A stretch of DNA of 64,000 nucleotides, taken from contig BTVJ01000009.1 of NCBI GenBank assembly GCA_045863395.1, positions 1 through 64,000 of the forward strand, read 5' to 3'. The notes under the pieces are model-generated. The model saw only the letters and a program-made list of their open reading frames with translations. It had not been told where the DNA came from and ran no database searches. The position numbers were made by a program, and so were the translations under genes. Origin of the DNA: Myxococcales bacterium. Its GTDB lineage: Bacteria; Myxococcota_A; UBA9042; JABWCM01; BTVJ01. Of this stretch, positions 1-10,081 are shown in pieces. Each line of letters begins with the position of its first letter. Within the stretch, counting starts at the first letter, position 1.

Positions 1-1
1 C

Positions 2-2446
2 AACGGCGGGCGCCTCTACATGGAGGGCGGCGACACCTTCTACTACGACGCCCAGACCGCGCTTCACCCCATGTTCAAGGTGACGGCGACGGACGACGGC
101 GCCACGGTCGACAGCCTCAAGGGCTTCACGGTGCTCGATGGCAAGAACTGGGGCTACACCACGAGCCCCATCGTGAACTCCTCCATCGACCGCCTCGAGG
201 CCCAGCCGGTCGGCGGCACCGTCAACTTCCTGCGCAACCAGGGCACCGTGTCCTACGCGACCGTGGTGGCTCACGACAAGCCGGGAGGCGGCTACCGCTC
301 GCTGGCGTCCTCCATCCTGTTCACGGGTGTCCAGGACGGCACGTCGACCAAGCTCGACCTGATGTCCGCCTACCTGGACTTTTTCGAGAACGGACTGCCT
401 GGCTGCTTCAACGACGGCCAGTGCGCAGATGGCAACCCTTGCACCATCGACACGTGCGACCCCATCGCGAAGGAGTGCGTGTACACTGACAACACGGGCT
501 CCTGCGACGACGGCAACGCCTGCACGACCGGCGACGTCTGCACCGCGGGCGCCTGTCAGGGTACCCAGGTCAACGGCGCGACATTCTGCTCCGACGGCAA
601 CCCCTGCACGACCGACTACTGTGATCCGACGACGGGCTGCCAGAAGACGAACAACACGGCATCGTGCAGCGACGGAAACGCCTGCACCACGGGCGACAAG
701 TGCACCAACGGCACCTGCGCCCCAACGGGCACGACCAACTGTGCAGACACGAACCCCTGCACGGAGGACACGCAGTGCAACCCGGCCTCGGGATGTGTCA
801 ACGCGCCCAAGAGCGGCTCCTGCGACGACGGCAATATCTGCACCGTCGGCGACTCCTGCAGCGGCGGCAACTGTGTCGGCGGAACCGGCAGCTTGAGCTG
901 TAACGACAACAACGACTGCACCATCGACTCGTGCGATCCCAACGTCTCCGGCGGCTGCAAGTACGTCAACGCAGCCTCGGGTGCGAGCTGCAGCGATGGA
1001 AACGCATGCACCACCGGCGACCACTGCAATGGCAGCGGAGCCTGCGTGAAGACCGCGGACCTCAATTGCAGCGATGGCAACGCATGCACCAACGACTCCT
1101 GTGTGCCGGCCAGCGGGTGCGTGAACCAGAACAACACCCTGGCCTGCGACGACGGCAACCAGTGCACGATCAACGACGTGTGCTCGGGTGGCTCCTGCGG
1201 GGGTTCGCCCAAGACCTGCCCGGACGACGGCAACGTGTGTACTACGGAGTCCTGCGACACCACGCTCGGCTGCAAGAGCACCAACAACACGGCCAACTGC
1301 AACGACGGTGACTCATGCACGGACAATGACAAGTGCAACGCGGGATCGTGCGTCGGTGATGCGCCGAAGGCCTGCAACGACAACAACCCCTGCACGGCCG
1401 ACTCGTGCAACAGCGCAACGGGCGAGTGCATCAATACGCCCATCGTCAACGGGAGCTGCGACGACGGCAATGCCTGCACGAGCGGCGACAAGTGCAACGC
1501 GCAAGGGCAGTGCACGGCGGGTACGGTCGTGGTGACCTGCAACGACAACAACCCGTGCACCACGGACTCCTGCAACACCACGACCGGACAGTGCGTCTTC
1601 ACCAACGTCGCAGCCAACACGGCCTGCAACGACAACGACGGCTGTACGACCGGCGACAAGTGCAACGGCAGCGGGTCGTGCGTCGGCACACCGGTCAACT
1701 GTGACGACTCCAACTCCTGCACAACTGACTCGTGCTCAGCGGGAGTGTGCGTCTACACAGGCAATGCGGGCCAGTCCTGCAACGACGGCAACAAGTGCAC
1801 GCTCAACGACGTGTGCGGAGGTGGCGACGGAAAGACCTGCGGTGGAACGGTCAATCCGTGCGACGACAGCAACCCCTGCACCAGCGACGCCTGCAACCCC
1901 GGCGGCGCTGGCGACGGCTGCGTACACAACAACAACACGGCGAGCTGCAGCGACGGCAACGGCTGCACCCTGAACGACGTCTGCTCGGGCGGCGTGTGCG
2001 TACCGGGAGCGCCGAAGAACTGCGACGACGGAAACGTGTGCACAGTCGATAGCTGCAATAGCGCCAACGGCCAGTGCCAGACTGTCAACAACGACGCCTA
2101 CAGCGAGACGTGCTACACGGGCCAGCCCGGGTCGACGGAGAACGTGGGTCTGTGCCACGGCGGCCTCAAGACCTGCGTCAACAAGGCGCTGACCGCATGC
2201 ACCGGAGAGGTCATCCCGACCACCGAGGCGTGCGATGCCGTCGACAATGACTGCGACGGTCAGACGGACGAGGGGTGCCTGCCGGCCTCCATGCGGTTCA
2301 TCATCCCGTCCGCCATCATCAAGGGCGGCATGGCGAACGGCAACACCATCCGCGGTGGCCTCGGGCAGCCCTTGGGCGGTAAGGCCGACAGCGGGTCCGG
2401 CCACAAGATCCACTACGGGTTCTATCCGACCACCGTCGGTAACTAG
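2..2446 (+). CDS. Large Cys-rich repeat surface/secreted protein, 5'-truncated by the window edge
   Basis: Frame is open from position 2 (NGGRLYMEGGD). Many C-D-D-G-N-x-C-T-x-D-x-C repeats, one ExCDxxDNDCDGxxDEG (MopE-like putative metal-binding) motif, and a C-terminal GQP...GFY tail. Confidence 0.85.
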   Translation, partial: NGGRLYMEGGDTFYYDAQTALHPMFKVTATDDGATVDSLKGFTVLDGKNWGYTTSPIVNSSIDRLEAQPVGGTVNFLRNQGTVSYATVVAHDKPGGGYRSLASSILFTGVQDGTSTKLDLMSAYLDFFENGLPGCFNDGQCADGNPCTIDTCDPIAKECVYTDNTGSCDDGNACTTGDVCTAGACQGTQVNGATFCSDGNPCTTDYCDPTTGCQKTNNTASCSDGNACTTGDKCTNGTCAPTGTTNCADTNPCTEDTQCNPASGCVNAPKSGSCDDGNICTVGDSCSGGNCVGGTGSLSCNDNNDCTIDSCDPNVSGGCKYVNAASGASCSDGNACTTGDHCNGSGACVKTADLNCSDGNACTNDSCVPASGCVNQNNTLACDDGNQCTINDVCSGGSCGGSPKTCPDDGNVCTTESCDTTLGCKSTNNTANCNDGDSCTDNDKCNAGSCVGDAPKACNDNNPCTADSCNSATGECINTPIVNGSCDDGNACTSGDKCNAQGQCTAGTVVVTCNDNNPCTTDSCNTTTGQCVFTNVAANTACNDNDGCTTGDKCNGSGSCVGTPVNCDDSNSCTTDSCSAGVCVYTGNAGQSCNDGNKCTLNDVCGGGDGKTCGGTVNPCDDSNPCTSDACNPGGAGDGCVHNNNTASCSDGNGCTLNDVCSGGVCVPGAPKNCDDGNVCTVDSCNSANGQCQTVNNDAYSETCYTGQPGSTENVGLCHGGLKTCVNKALTACTGEVIPTTEACDAVDNDCDGQTDEGCLPASMRFIIPSAIIKGGMANGNTIRGGLGQPLGGKADSGSGHKIHYGFYPTTVGN

Positions 2447-2521
2447 CACACCGCATTCGTTGGGGGCCCCCTCCGGCCCCCTCCGCTCTCCCCTGCCCCT
2501 CACACGAATCGGAATGACACG

Positions 2522-3208
2522 ATGCAACTCAGGATCGCGCTGGCACTCGGCCTGGGCGCCCTCTCGATGGGCTGCGACAAGGCGGCATCTCCTGCGGCCA
2601 ACCCGCCCGCACCACACGCGACCGGCGCTCCCGCCGCGGCCGCCACGCCTGGACAGGACGCCCCAGCTCCGGTGGCAGCACCGGCTGCACTGACACAGAA
2701 GAGCCCGGCCGGTGTGCCAGCCCCCGTCGACGAGACGGCGGCGCGGCGCAAGGTGGCGGAGGTCTATGGCCTGTTGACGGACGCCACGGTGGACGTGATC
2801 AGCGTCGAGGACCTCGGGCTGTCGTACAAGGCGATCTTCCGACTCCGGGACCGCGAGGGGACGCCGGACCAGACATGCTACCTCTCAAAGGACGGGGAGT
2901 GGATTACGGACCAGCTCCTCAATGTAGCCGACTATACGGAGAGGCTGCGCAGAGAGAAGCGCTTCGCGGAGTGCCTCGCCGACAAGGGCTTCAGAGCCTT
3001 CGTCGCGCCGGGCGACCCCACCTCGCAGAAGGTCGTGGACGCCGTGGGCGCCTACGCTCATCGGGTGGCTGTGGACTGCCGCAGCAACCCGACGAGCTGT
3101 CAGAACCTGAACATCGAGCTGCTGCCCACCCTCGTATTGGGTGAGGTCAACGCCACTGGGGCCAAGGACCGCGCCTGGATCGAGAACTTGAGCGGCTGCA
3201 AGTATTAG
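2522..3208 (+). CDS. Lipoprotein with a DsbC-N-like segment and a thioredoxin-like C-domain lacking CxxC
   Basis: Lipobox LSMGC, Pro/Ala linker, YLSKDG motif, and FAECLxxKG...VDC...C...I..LPT pattern. Confidence 0.65.
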   Translation: MQLRIALALGLGALSMGCDKAASPAANPPAPHATGAPAAAATPGQDAPAPVAAPAALTQKSPAGVPAPVDETAARRKVAEVYGLLTDATVDVISVEDLGLSYKAIFRLRDREGTPDQTCYLSKDGEWITDQLLNVADYTERLRREKRFAECLADKGFRAFVAPGDPTSQKVVDAVGAYAHRVAVDCRSNPTSCQNLNIELLPTLVLGEVNATGAKDRAWIENLSGCKY

Positions 3209-3513
3209 CTGATCGCTCCTTCGAGGCGCTCAGCCACCTCTGGTACCCCCATCCCACTGACCTCGATGATCTTGTGACGGGACCGCTCCCCTTGAACGAG
3301 GGTGATGGACCCTCGGGGCACGTCCAGGACCTTCGCCAGGTACCGGACGATGGCGTCATTGGCGGCGCCATCGACGGGGGGTGATGCGATCTGGACCTTG
3401 ATCGCGTCTCCGTGAACTCCCACCACCCGGTTCCTCCCGGCGCGAGGCTGCGCCTGGACGGGGATCCTCACGCCAGCAGCCGTAGGCGTCAGCAGGTCTG
3501 ACAGGGCACTCAT
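3205..3513 (-). CDS. DUF167 (YggU/UPF0235) family protein
   Basis: QPRA...PPVDGAAN...GERSRHK motifs. Confidence 0.9.
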   Translation of the reverse strand: MSALSDLLTPTAAGVRIPVQAQPRAGRNRVVGVHGDAIKVQIASPPVDGAANDAIVRYLAKVLDVPRGSITLVQGERSRHKIIEVSGMGVPEVAERLEGAIS

Positions 3514-3564
3514 GGGCGCAACTCCCGGGCAGGTGTGCGCACCCCCGATGGGCCCTGGTGGCTC

Positions 3565-3592
3565 TTGACCCCCGGTCGCACGGCGCTAGTAT
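3565..3592 (+). promoter_or_regulatory. Putative sigma70 promoter for trxB
   Basis: TTGACC-N16-TAGTAT about 60 bp upstream of the ATG at 3654. Confidence 0.45.
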
Positions 3593-3653
3593 AGCGCCTC
3601 ACGCCCGCGTGTCAGCGACCAGGGCCCCGCAACGAACGCGACGGAGACAGATC

Positions 3654-4589
3654 ATGCGAAAGGTCACGATCATCGGCAGCGGCCCCGCCGGCCTGACAGC
3701 CGCCATCTATGCAGCCCGCGCCAACCTCGCCCCTCTGGTCGTGGAGGGAATCCAGCCGGGAGGGCAGCTCACCATCACGACGGACGTCGAGAACTTCCCA
3801 GGCTTCCCGGATGGCATCATGGGGCCGGAGCTGATGGAGCTGTTTCGCAAGCAGTCCGAGCGGTTCGGCTCAGAGCACGTGTTTGGCATGGTGACCAAGA
3901 TCGACTTGTCCCAGCGCCCCTTCAAGCTCTGGATTGACGATGACCGGTACGAGGAGACCGAGGCAGTCATCATCTCCACCGGGGCCACGGCCAAGTGGCT
4001 TGGGCTCGAGAGCGAGAGGCGGCTTCAGGGCTACGGGGTCTCCGCGTGTGCTACCTGCGACGGCTTCTTCTTCAGGGACAAGCGGGTCGCAGTGGTTGGC
4101 GGGGGCGACAGCGCCATGGAGGAGGCCAACTTCCTGACCAAGTTCGCGTCGCGCGTCACGGTCATCCACCGCCGAGACTCGCTGCGCGCCTCGAAGATCA
4201 TGCAGGAGCGGGCGCAGAGGAACCCGAAGATCGACTTCATCTGGGACACGGTGCCTACCGAGGTGTTGACCAAGACCGGCAAGGAGGTCACGGGGCTGCG
4301 CCTCCAGAACGTCAAGACGGGCGCCGAGAGCGTGCTGGAAGTGGACGGGTTGTTCCTCGCCATCGGGCACAAGCCGACCACCGACCTGTTTGCCGGGCAG
4401 CTCGAGCTGGACCCCACGGGGTACATCAAGCTCTTCGAGCACACGCAGACCAGCGTCGAGGGCGTCTTCGCGGCGGGCGACGTCGCAGACCCGCGCTATC
4501 GCCAGGCCATCTCGGCGGCGGGCATGGGCTGCATGGCAGCGCTGGACGCTGAGAAGTGGCTGGAGGCGCAGGAGGACGTGGGGCACTGA
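3654..4589 (+). CDS. trxB: Thioredoxin-disulfide reductase
   Basis: IIGSGPAG FAD motif, SACATCDG active site, GGGDSAMEEA NADPH motif, GVFAAGDV. Confidence 0.97.
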   Translation: MRKVTIIGSGPAGLTAAIYAARANLAPLVVEGIQPGGQLTITTDVENFPGFPDGIMGPELMELFRKQSERFGSEHVFGMVTKIDLSQRPFKLWIDDDRYEETEAVIISTGATAKWLGLESERRLQGYGVSACATCDGFFFRDKRVAVVGGGDSAMEEANFLTKFASRVTVIHRRDSLRASKIMQERAQRNPKIDFIWDTVPTEVLTKTGKEVTGLRLQNVKTGAESVLEVDGLFLAIGHKPTTDLFAGQLELDPTGYIKLFEHTQTSVEGVFAAGDVADPRYRQAISAAGMGCMAALDAEKWLEAQEDVGH

Positions 4590-4658
4590 CCGGGGCGGGG
4601 GCCAGGGGTTGGGTGGCCCTTGCCTCGTGGAGAGGTCTCCCCCAGAACCTTCAGTCTC

Positions 4659-5573
4659 CTACTCCGGGGGGCGCCCTTGCGTCTCCGACCTCACCCCGCT
4701 CCAGAACCCGGCGTCTGGCGGGCACTCGACCCGCACCTCGCGCCGCGTTCGCGGGTCCGCGAACCGCAGACGCCATGCGTGCAGGCACAGACGCCCCGCA
4801 GTAGCACCACCGTAGAGCCGGTCGCCGAGAATCGGGCTACCCACGGCACCCAGGTGCGCTCTGATCTGGTGGGTCCGCCCCGTCCCCAGACGCAAGCACA
4901 GCAGAGCGCCCACGCGGGGATACGTCGCCAGCACCTCGAATACCGTGGACGCCTCCTGGCCTGCCGGGTCCACACGGACACGCCCCGAGGAGTCCTTCAG
5001 GAGCCGGAGATCGATGCTACCCGACGGCGTCTCCGGGGGGCGCCCCACCAACGCCAGGTAGGTGCGCCCCACCGAGCGTTCCCGGAGCTGCTCCGAGAGC
5101 GCCGAGGCCGCGCCGCTGGTCGTGGCCAGGAGCACCGCGCCGCTCGCGTCCGCGTCGAGGCGGTGAACCAGCCACGCGCCCCGGTGCCCCGCGCGCGGCG
5201 GCTGCGCCCGAACCCAGCGCTCCACCTCGCGCAGGACCGTGCCCTCGTCGCCCGCCGCCGTCCCCTGCACGTGCTGGCCCGGGGGCTTGTGGACGACGAC
5301 CCAACCGGACGCCTGGGCGACGATGCGGAGGGGTACCGCATCGCGGGCCGCGGCGAGCGCTCCGGCGTCCACGGCAAACTCCAGGGCCTCACCCGCTCGC
5401 ACCGCTCTGGAGGCAGTCCGGCACCGCGCTCCATTGAGCCTCACGGCGCCAGTGTCAATCAGGCGGCGTGCCAGGCCGCGACTGATCTCGGTAAAGAGGA
5501 GGGGGATCGCCTTGTCGATGCGGGTGCCCGCCAGGGCCTCCGGGATGAGCGCCCGGTGCGGTCGCGCCGTCAC
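4659..5573 (-). CDS. RluA/RluD-family pseudouridine synthase with N-terminal S4 domain
   Basis: S4-like RIDK...SR; HKPPG; VHRLDADASG (catalytic Asp); TGRTHQIRAH; GDRLYG. Confidence 0.92.
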   Translation of the reverse strand: MTARPHRALIPEALAGTRIDKAIPLLFTEISRGLARRLIDTGAVRLNGARCRTASRAVRAGEALEFAVDAGALAAARDAVPLRIVAQASGWVVVHKPPGQHVQGTAAGDEGTVLREVERWVRAQPPRAGHRGAWLVHRLDADASGAVLLATTSGAASALSEQLRERSVGRTYLALVGRPPETPSGSIDLRLLKDSSGRVRVDPAGQEASTVFEVLATYPRVGALLCLRLGTGRTHQIRAHLGAVGSPILGDRLYGGATAGRLCLHAWRLRFADPRTRREVRVECPPDAGFWSGVRSETQGRPPE

Positions 5574-6091
5574 GCGTTCTCGCCGCCCTGCTTCGCAGTG
5601 GACAGGGTGCCGAGGGAGAGCAGGTCTACTTTGCCGAGGCGGTTGGCCTCACGGGAGAAGGTCGGCATGGTGTGGCGCCCCGAGTCCATGCGGATCGCGT
5701 CGCACGGGCAGGCCTCCTCACAGAAGCCGCAGTAGATGCAGACCAGCGTGTCCACATCGAACTTGACGGGGAACTTCTCGATGCGCTTGTCGGTGTGCTC
5801 GCCGGCGACGATGTGGATGCAGTTGGCTGGGCACGCGGTCGAGCACAACATGCAGGCGACGCAGCGGACGTCCCCGTCATCGCGCAGCATCAGGCGATGC
5901 CGCCCCCGGAAGCGGTCCGGGTAGGCCTTGCGCACCTCCGGGTACTGGATGGTGACGGTCTCCTTCTTCCCGAACAGGTTCCGCCAGAAGTGGCGGTTGG
6001 TGATGCGCATGCCCCGGAACAGCTCCGGGAGGTAGCTCTGCTCCTTGAAGGTGAACTCCTTGCGCTCGACGCGCCTGACGGTGACGGCCAT
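5570..6091 (-). CDS. nuoI: NADH-quinone oxidoreductase subunit I
   Basis: TIQYP...RFRGRH and two CxxCxxCxxxCP motifs; GGAGGAG RBS before the ATG at 6091. Confidence 0.95.
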   Translation of the reverse strand: MAVTVRRVERKEFTFKEQSYLPELFRGMRITNRHFWRNLFGKKETVTIQYPEVRKAYPDRFRGRHRLMLRDDGDVRCVACMLCSTACPANCIHIVAGEHTDKRIEKFPVKFDVDTLVCIYCGFCEEACPCDAIRMDSGRHTMPTFSREANRLGKVDLLSLGTLSTAKQGGENA

Positions 6092-6099
6092 CGCTCCTC

Positions 6100-7125
6100 C
6101 TACTGGGCGATCATCAACGCGACGCCCGTCGCAAGGATATTGAGGAGGCTCAGCGGCAGCAAGACCTGCCACCCGAGCCGCATGAGTTGATCGTAGCGGA
6201 AGCGCGGCACGGTCCACCGGATCCACTGCTGGACCCAGACGAAGAAGACGGTCTTGACGACCATGGCACCGACTTGGAGGGTCGTGACGAGGGGACCTGT
6301 GCCCTCCAAGCCCGGGACCTGCCAGCCACCAAAGAAGAGCGCCGCCGCCAGAGCGCCCACACCTACGATGCCGATGTACTCGCTGATGGCGAACAGGCCG
6401 AACCGAAGCGAGCTGTACTCCACATAGAAGCCGATGATCTCGCTCTCTCCCTCCGGAAGATCGAAGGGGGCCCGCTTGGTCTCGGCGATGCTCGCCACCA
6501 GGAACAGGACGAACGCCAATGGCTGCGTGACGACGCCCCACATGGGCAGCCACCCCCACAGCAGCTCGCCCTGACCGATGACGATCTGCTGGATGTCCAC
6601 CGACTGGTAGATCATGAAGATGCCCACCAGGTTCAGACCCATGGTGATCTCGTAGGAGACCATCTGGGCCGCGGTGCGGATGCCGCCGAGGAGCGCGTAG
6701 TTGTTGTTGGAGGCCCAGGCGCCGATGGTCTGGCCGTATACGCCGATGCTGGTGATGGCCAGGATGAACAGGATACCCAGCCCGGAGTTGCTGATCAGGA
6801 AGGTGTCGCCGGGACCGAAGGGAATGACGGCGAACACGAGCATGGGCGGGACGACGGCCAGGAACGGCGCCAGCTTGAACAGCCACGGGTTGGCCGACGC
6901 CGGGTCGAAGTCCTCTTTGAATATCATCTTGATGGTGTCGGCGATGAGGTGGAGCAGTCCGCCTGCCCGGATGGGCCCGATGTTCGCACGGTTGGGGCCG
7001 ACGCGGTCCTGGATGATGGCGCTCTGCTTGCGGTCGACCCACGTGAGGAGGGCGGCCACCGTCATGGCGAACACGAACACGATGCCCAGGATCTTCGCGA
7101 GGGCGATGAGGATCATCATCAACAT
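6100..7125 (-). CDS. nuoH: NADH-quinone oxidoreductase subunit H
   Basis: QDRVGPNR, AQMVSYE, RAPFDLPEGESE, PRFRYDQLM. The start overlaps the nuoG stop (TGATG). Confidence 0.95.
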   Translation of the reverse strand: MLMMILIALAKILGIVFVFAMTVAALLTWVDRKQSAIIQDRVGPNRANIGPIRAGGLLHLIADTIKMIFKEDFDPASANPWLFKLAPFLAVVPPMLVFAVIPFGPGDTFLISNSGLGILFILAITSIGVYGQTIGAWASNNNYALLGGIRTAAQMVSYEITMGLNLVGIFMIYQSVDIQQIVIGQGELLWGWLPMWGVVTQPLAFVLFLVASIAETKRAPFDLPEGESEIIGFYVEYSSLRFGLFAISEYIGIVGVGALAAALFFGGWQVPGLEGTGPLVTTLQVGAMVVKTVFFVWVQQWIRWTVPRFRYDQLMRLGWQVLLPLSLLNILATGVALMIAQ

Positions 7126-8771
7126 CAGTGGCTCCAGGGCATGCGGCTGTTGACGTTCTTCGACCGCCACTCCGGCGCGCATCGGTCAACCTTGCGCTGC
7201 ACCTCGACCGGGTCGAGATCCGAGGCGCCGCCAGAGCCGAGGGGGAGCCCCAGTTCGCCGATGGCGTCCCAGGTGAGGCCGGCGAACGCCGCGACCTGGG
7301 AGGCGAGGTCGGCGAAGACCTGCTCCTCGCCCTCGAAGAGCACCGGCTTCCCGGCCGTGGCGGCGATTCGCTTCAGGATGCGCCAGTGGGGGTACACCAC
7401 GCCGGCCGGCTCCAGGCGGATGGCCCGCCGGAGACGCTGGACCCGCCCCTCGAAGTTGACGACGGTGCCGCTCTGCATGGGCGGCTGCGCTGCGGGCAGG
7501 ACGAGGTGCGCCTTTTCGACCAGGGGGCCGGCCAGGTCTGCGAGCGCCACGATGGTCTTCACGGGCGCCAGAGCAGCCTCCCACCCCGTCGGGAGGTCGT
7601 GGTCCGTTCCCACGATCACCAGGGCGTCCACCCGCCCGGCCTTGGTCTCCGCCAGGAGCTCCGCGAGCGTCCCTGCCTTGGTCCCGGCAAGAAGCTCCTG
7701 AACGCCCCGACGGTTGGCGTTCTTGTCAGCCCGGATCAGCAACGAATCGTCCTGGCCCCGGTCGGCTCGCCCACCGATGAACAGGCGCGCCCCCAAGGAC
7801 GCCGCCACCTTGCGCGCGACCCACAGGTCCTCGTTGGGCAGGCTCGGGTGGAGCAGGAAGGCGACCCCCTTGGCAGCACCAAGGCGCGCAGCGGCCCGGT
7901 CGGCCACCTCGCGGCTCGTAGGCTGGCCCCCCGCCCGATCCACCGGGGCGGTCACGCGCCCTGCCGACCAGCGCTCGTGCGACAGGCGGCCCTCGTCGCA
8001 GATCCACCAGTCGTTGACCTTCGGGTTGTAGGTGGCCACGTACCGCTCGACCGCGTTCCTGTGCTGGTCGATGCGGATGTTGCACCCCCGCGCACACCCG
8101 GTGCACACCGAGCGGGTCCCCTGAAGGAACCACACGCGGCGGCGGAACCGGAAGTCGCTGGAGGTGAGCGCGCCCACCGGGCAGATGTCGACCACGTTCA
8201 GGCTGTAGGGGTTTTGGAGCTCCTTGCCCGGAAAGGTCGTGATCTCCGAGTGCTCGCCCCGCTCGATGACCTGTAGCTCCTGGGTCTTCGTGATCTCTTC
8301 ACAGAACCGCACGCACCGGGTGCAGAGGATGCAGCGCTCCGCATCGAAGGTGACCGTCGGCCCGAGGCGCTTGGCCTTGGGCTTGTGGTTCTTCTTCGTG
8401 AACAGCCGCGAGCCCTCCAGGCTGTGGTCGCGGTAGTTGTCTTGCAGCACGCACTCGCCGGCCTGGTCGCAGATGGGGCAGTCCACCGGGTGGTTCAGCA
8501 GGATGAACTCCAGCACGGCCTTCTGGGTGTCCTGCACCTTCTGCGAGGTGGTCGTGACCTCCATGCCGTCCATGACCGTGGCGTGGCACGCGGGCAAGGG
8601 CTTCGGCGCCTTGTTCGTGTCCACGAGGCACATGCGGCAGTTCGCCGCGATGGACAGCCCGGGGTGGTAGCAGAAGGTCGGGATGTCCACCCCGACGACG
8701 CGGGCGGCCTGGAGGATGGTCGTGCCACGGTCCACCGTGACCTCGATCCCGTCAATCTTGAGCGTCGGCAT
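7125..8771 (-). CDS. nuoG: NADH-quinone oxidoreductase subunit G (short form)
   Basis: CYHP..ANCRMC (N1b), HPVDCPICDQAGEC (N5), CILCTRC..CPVGAL (N4), CTGCARGC..C (N7). Confidence 0.92.
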   Translation of the reverse strand: MPTLKIDGIEVTVDRGTTILQAARVVGVDIPTFCYHPGLSIAANCRMCLVDTNKAPKPLPACHATVMDGMEVTTTSQKVQDTQKAVLEFILLNHPVDCPICDQAGECVLQDNYRDHSLEGSRLFTKKNHKPKAKRLGPTVTFDAERCILCTRCVRFCEEITKTQELQVIERGEHSEITTFPGKELQNPYSLNVVDICPVGALTSSDFRFRRRVWFLQGTRSVCTGCARGCNIRIDQHRNAVERYVATYNPKVNDWWICDEGRLSHERWSAGRVTAPVDRAGGQPTSREVADRAAARLGAAKGVAFLLHPSLPNEDLWVARKVAASLGARLFIGGRADRGQDDSLLIRADKNANRRGVQELLAGTKAGTLAELLAETKAGRVDALVIVGTDHDLPTGWEAALAPVKTIVALADLAGPLVEKAHLVLPAAQPPMQSGTVVNFEGRVQRLRRAIRLEPAGVVYPHWRILKRIAATAGKPVLFEGEEQVFADLASQVAAFAGLTWDAIGELGLPLGSGGASDLDPVEVQRKVDRCAPEWRSKNVNSRMPWSH

Positions 8772-8819
8772 GGGCCTTCGGTCCTTGGTGTCGAGCCCCA
8801 CCAATCATGGGGGCGTATC

Positions 8820-10046
8820 CTAGCGATCCTGCTCGCCGCCGATCATGTTGATGGTGTCGTAGGTCGGGACCAGGTCGGCGATCATCGCGCCCTGCACCAT
8901 CTTCCGGATACCGCTCATCAGGTAGAAGCACGGCGCACGGACATGGAGCCGATAGGGCCGCCCCGAGCCATCCGAGATCATGTAGAAGCCCAGCTCGCCG
9001 TTCGCCCCCTCGCTGTAGCTGTACGCCTCACCGGGCGGGACCTGCACGCCCTCCATGATCATCTTGAAGTGCGCCATCATCGCTTCGATGCTGTTGTAGA
9101 CCTCGAGCTTCGGCGGCAGCACGATGCCCCAGTCATCGACGTTGATGGGGCCCTTGGGCATGTCCTTGAAGACCTGCCGGATGATGCGGATCGACTGGTG
9201 GATCTCGGCCATGCGCACCAGGTACCGGTCATAGTTGTCGCCCTTGTGGCCGATGGGCACCTCGAAGTCGAGGCGATCATAGACCAGGTAGGGGTGGTCC
9301 TTGCGCACGTCGTAGGCCACACCCGTCGACCGAAGCACAGGGCCCGTGAAGCCGTGGCTGATTGCTGTCTCCTGCGACACCGTGCCCACGTCCACCATGC
9401 GGTCATAGAAGATGCGGTTTTTGGTGAGGAGCTTGTCGACCTCGTCCAGCAGGCGCAGGCACTCCGCCTCCTGGGTGCGGTAGTGGGCCTCGAAGGTCGG
9501 CGTCAGGTCGTGCTTCAGCCCGCCGATGCGCGTGTAGGCGGTCGTCAGGCGCGCGCCGGTCAGCTCCTCGATGACGAAGTAGAAGTTCTCGCGCGCCTGG
9601 ATGGCGTACAGGAACGGCGTGTACCCGCCGAGCTCCAGCGCGCCGGCCCCGATGGCGGTCAGGTGGTCCGTCAGGCGGGCCAGCTCGCTGATCAGCACCC
9701 GGATGTACTGCGCCCGCTCCGGTACCTGGATGCCCAGCAGCTTCTCGACGGCCATGACGTAGCCGACGTTGTTGAGGAGCGGCGAGCAGTAGTTGAGCCG
9801 ATCCGTGTACGGGAGCACCTGGGCCCAGGTCCCCGCCTCGGCCATCTTCTCGAAGCCCCGGTGGAGGTACCCGATGTGCACGTCCATGTCGACGATGGTC
9901 TCGCCGTCCAGGGTCAGCACGAACTTGGTGGTCCCGTGGGTCGCCGGGTGCGACGGCCCCATGTTGAGCACCATGTGCTTCTGGTGCAGGTCCGCCAGGT
10001 CGTGCTGGGATTCGGCCTTGGGCTCGCTGGTCGCCTGATTCGCCAT
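8820..10046 (-). CDS. nuoD: NADH-quinone oxidoreductase subunit D
   Basis: NMGPSHPATHG, GYLHRGFEK, TDRLNY, C-terminal GEQDR. Confidence 0.96.
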   Translation of the reverse strand: MANQATSEPKAESQHDLADLHQKHMVLNMGPSHPATHGTTKFVLTLDGETIVDMDVHIGYLHRGFEKMAEAGTWAQVLPYTDRLNYCSPLLNNVGYVMAVEKLLGIQVPERAQYIRVLISELARLTDHLTAIGAGALELGGYTPFLYAIQARENFYFVIEELTGARLTTAYTRIGGLKHDLTPTFEAHYRTQEAECLRLLDEVDKLLTKNRIFYDRMVDVGTVSQETAISHGFTGPVLRSTGVAYDVRKDHPYLVYDRLDFEVPIGHKGDNYDRYLVRMAEIHQSIRIIRQVFKDMPKGPINVDDWGIVLPPKLEVYNSIEAMMAHFKMIMEGVQVPPGEAYSYSEGANGELGFYMISDGSGRPYRLHVRAPCFYLMSGIRKMVQGAMIADLVPTYDTINMIGGEQDR

Positions 10047-10081
10047 TGATATCCTCGGTTCGGGCGCCTGAGTGGCGACGC

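Noticed and set aside
400..2100. CRISPR-like or DNA-level repeat array
   Set aside because: The repeats are degenerate in-frame codon repeats of a Cys-rich protein motif; there is no constant repeat/spacer structure and no cas gene.
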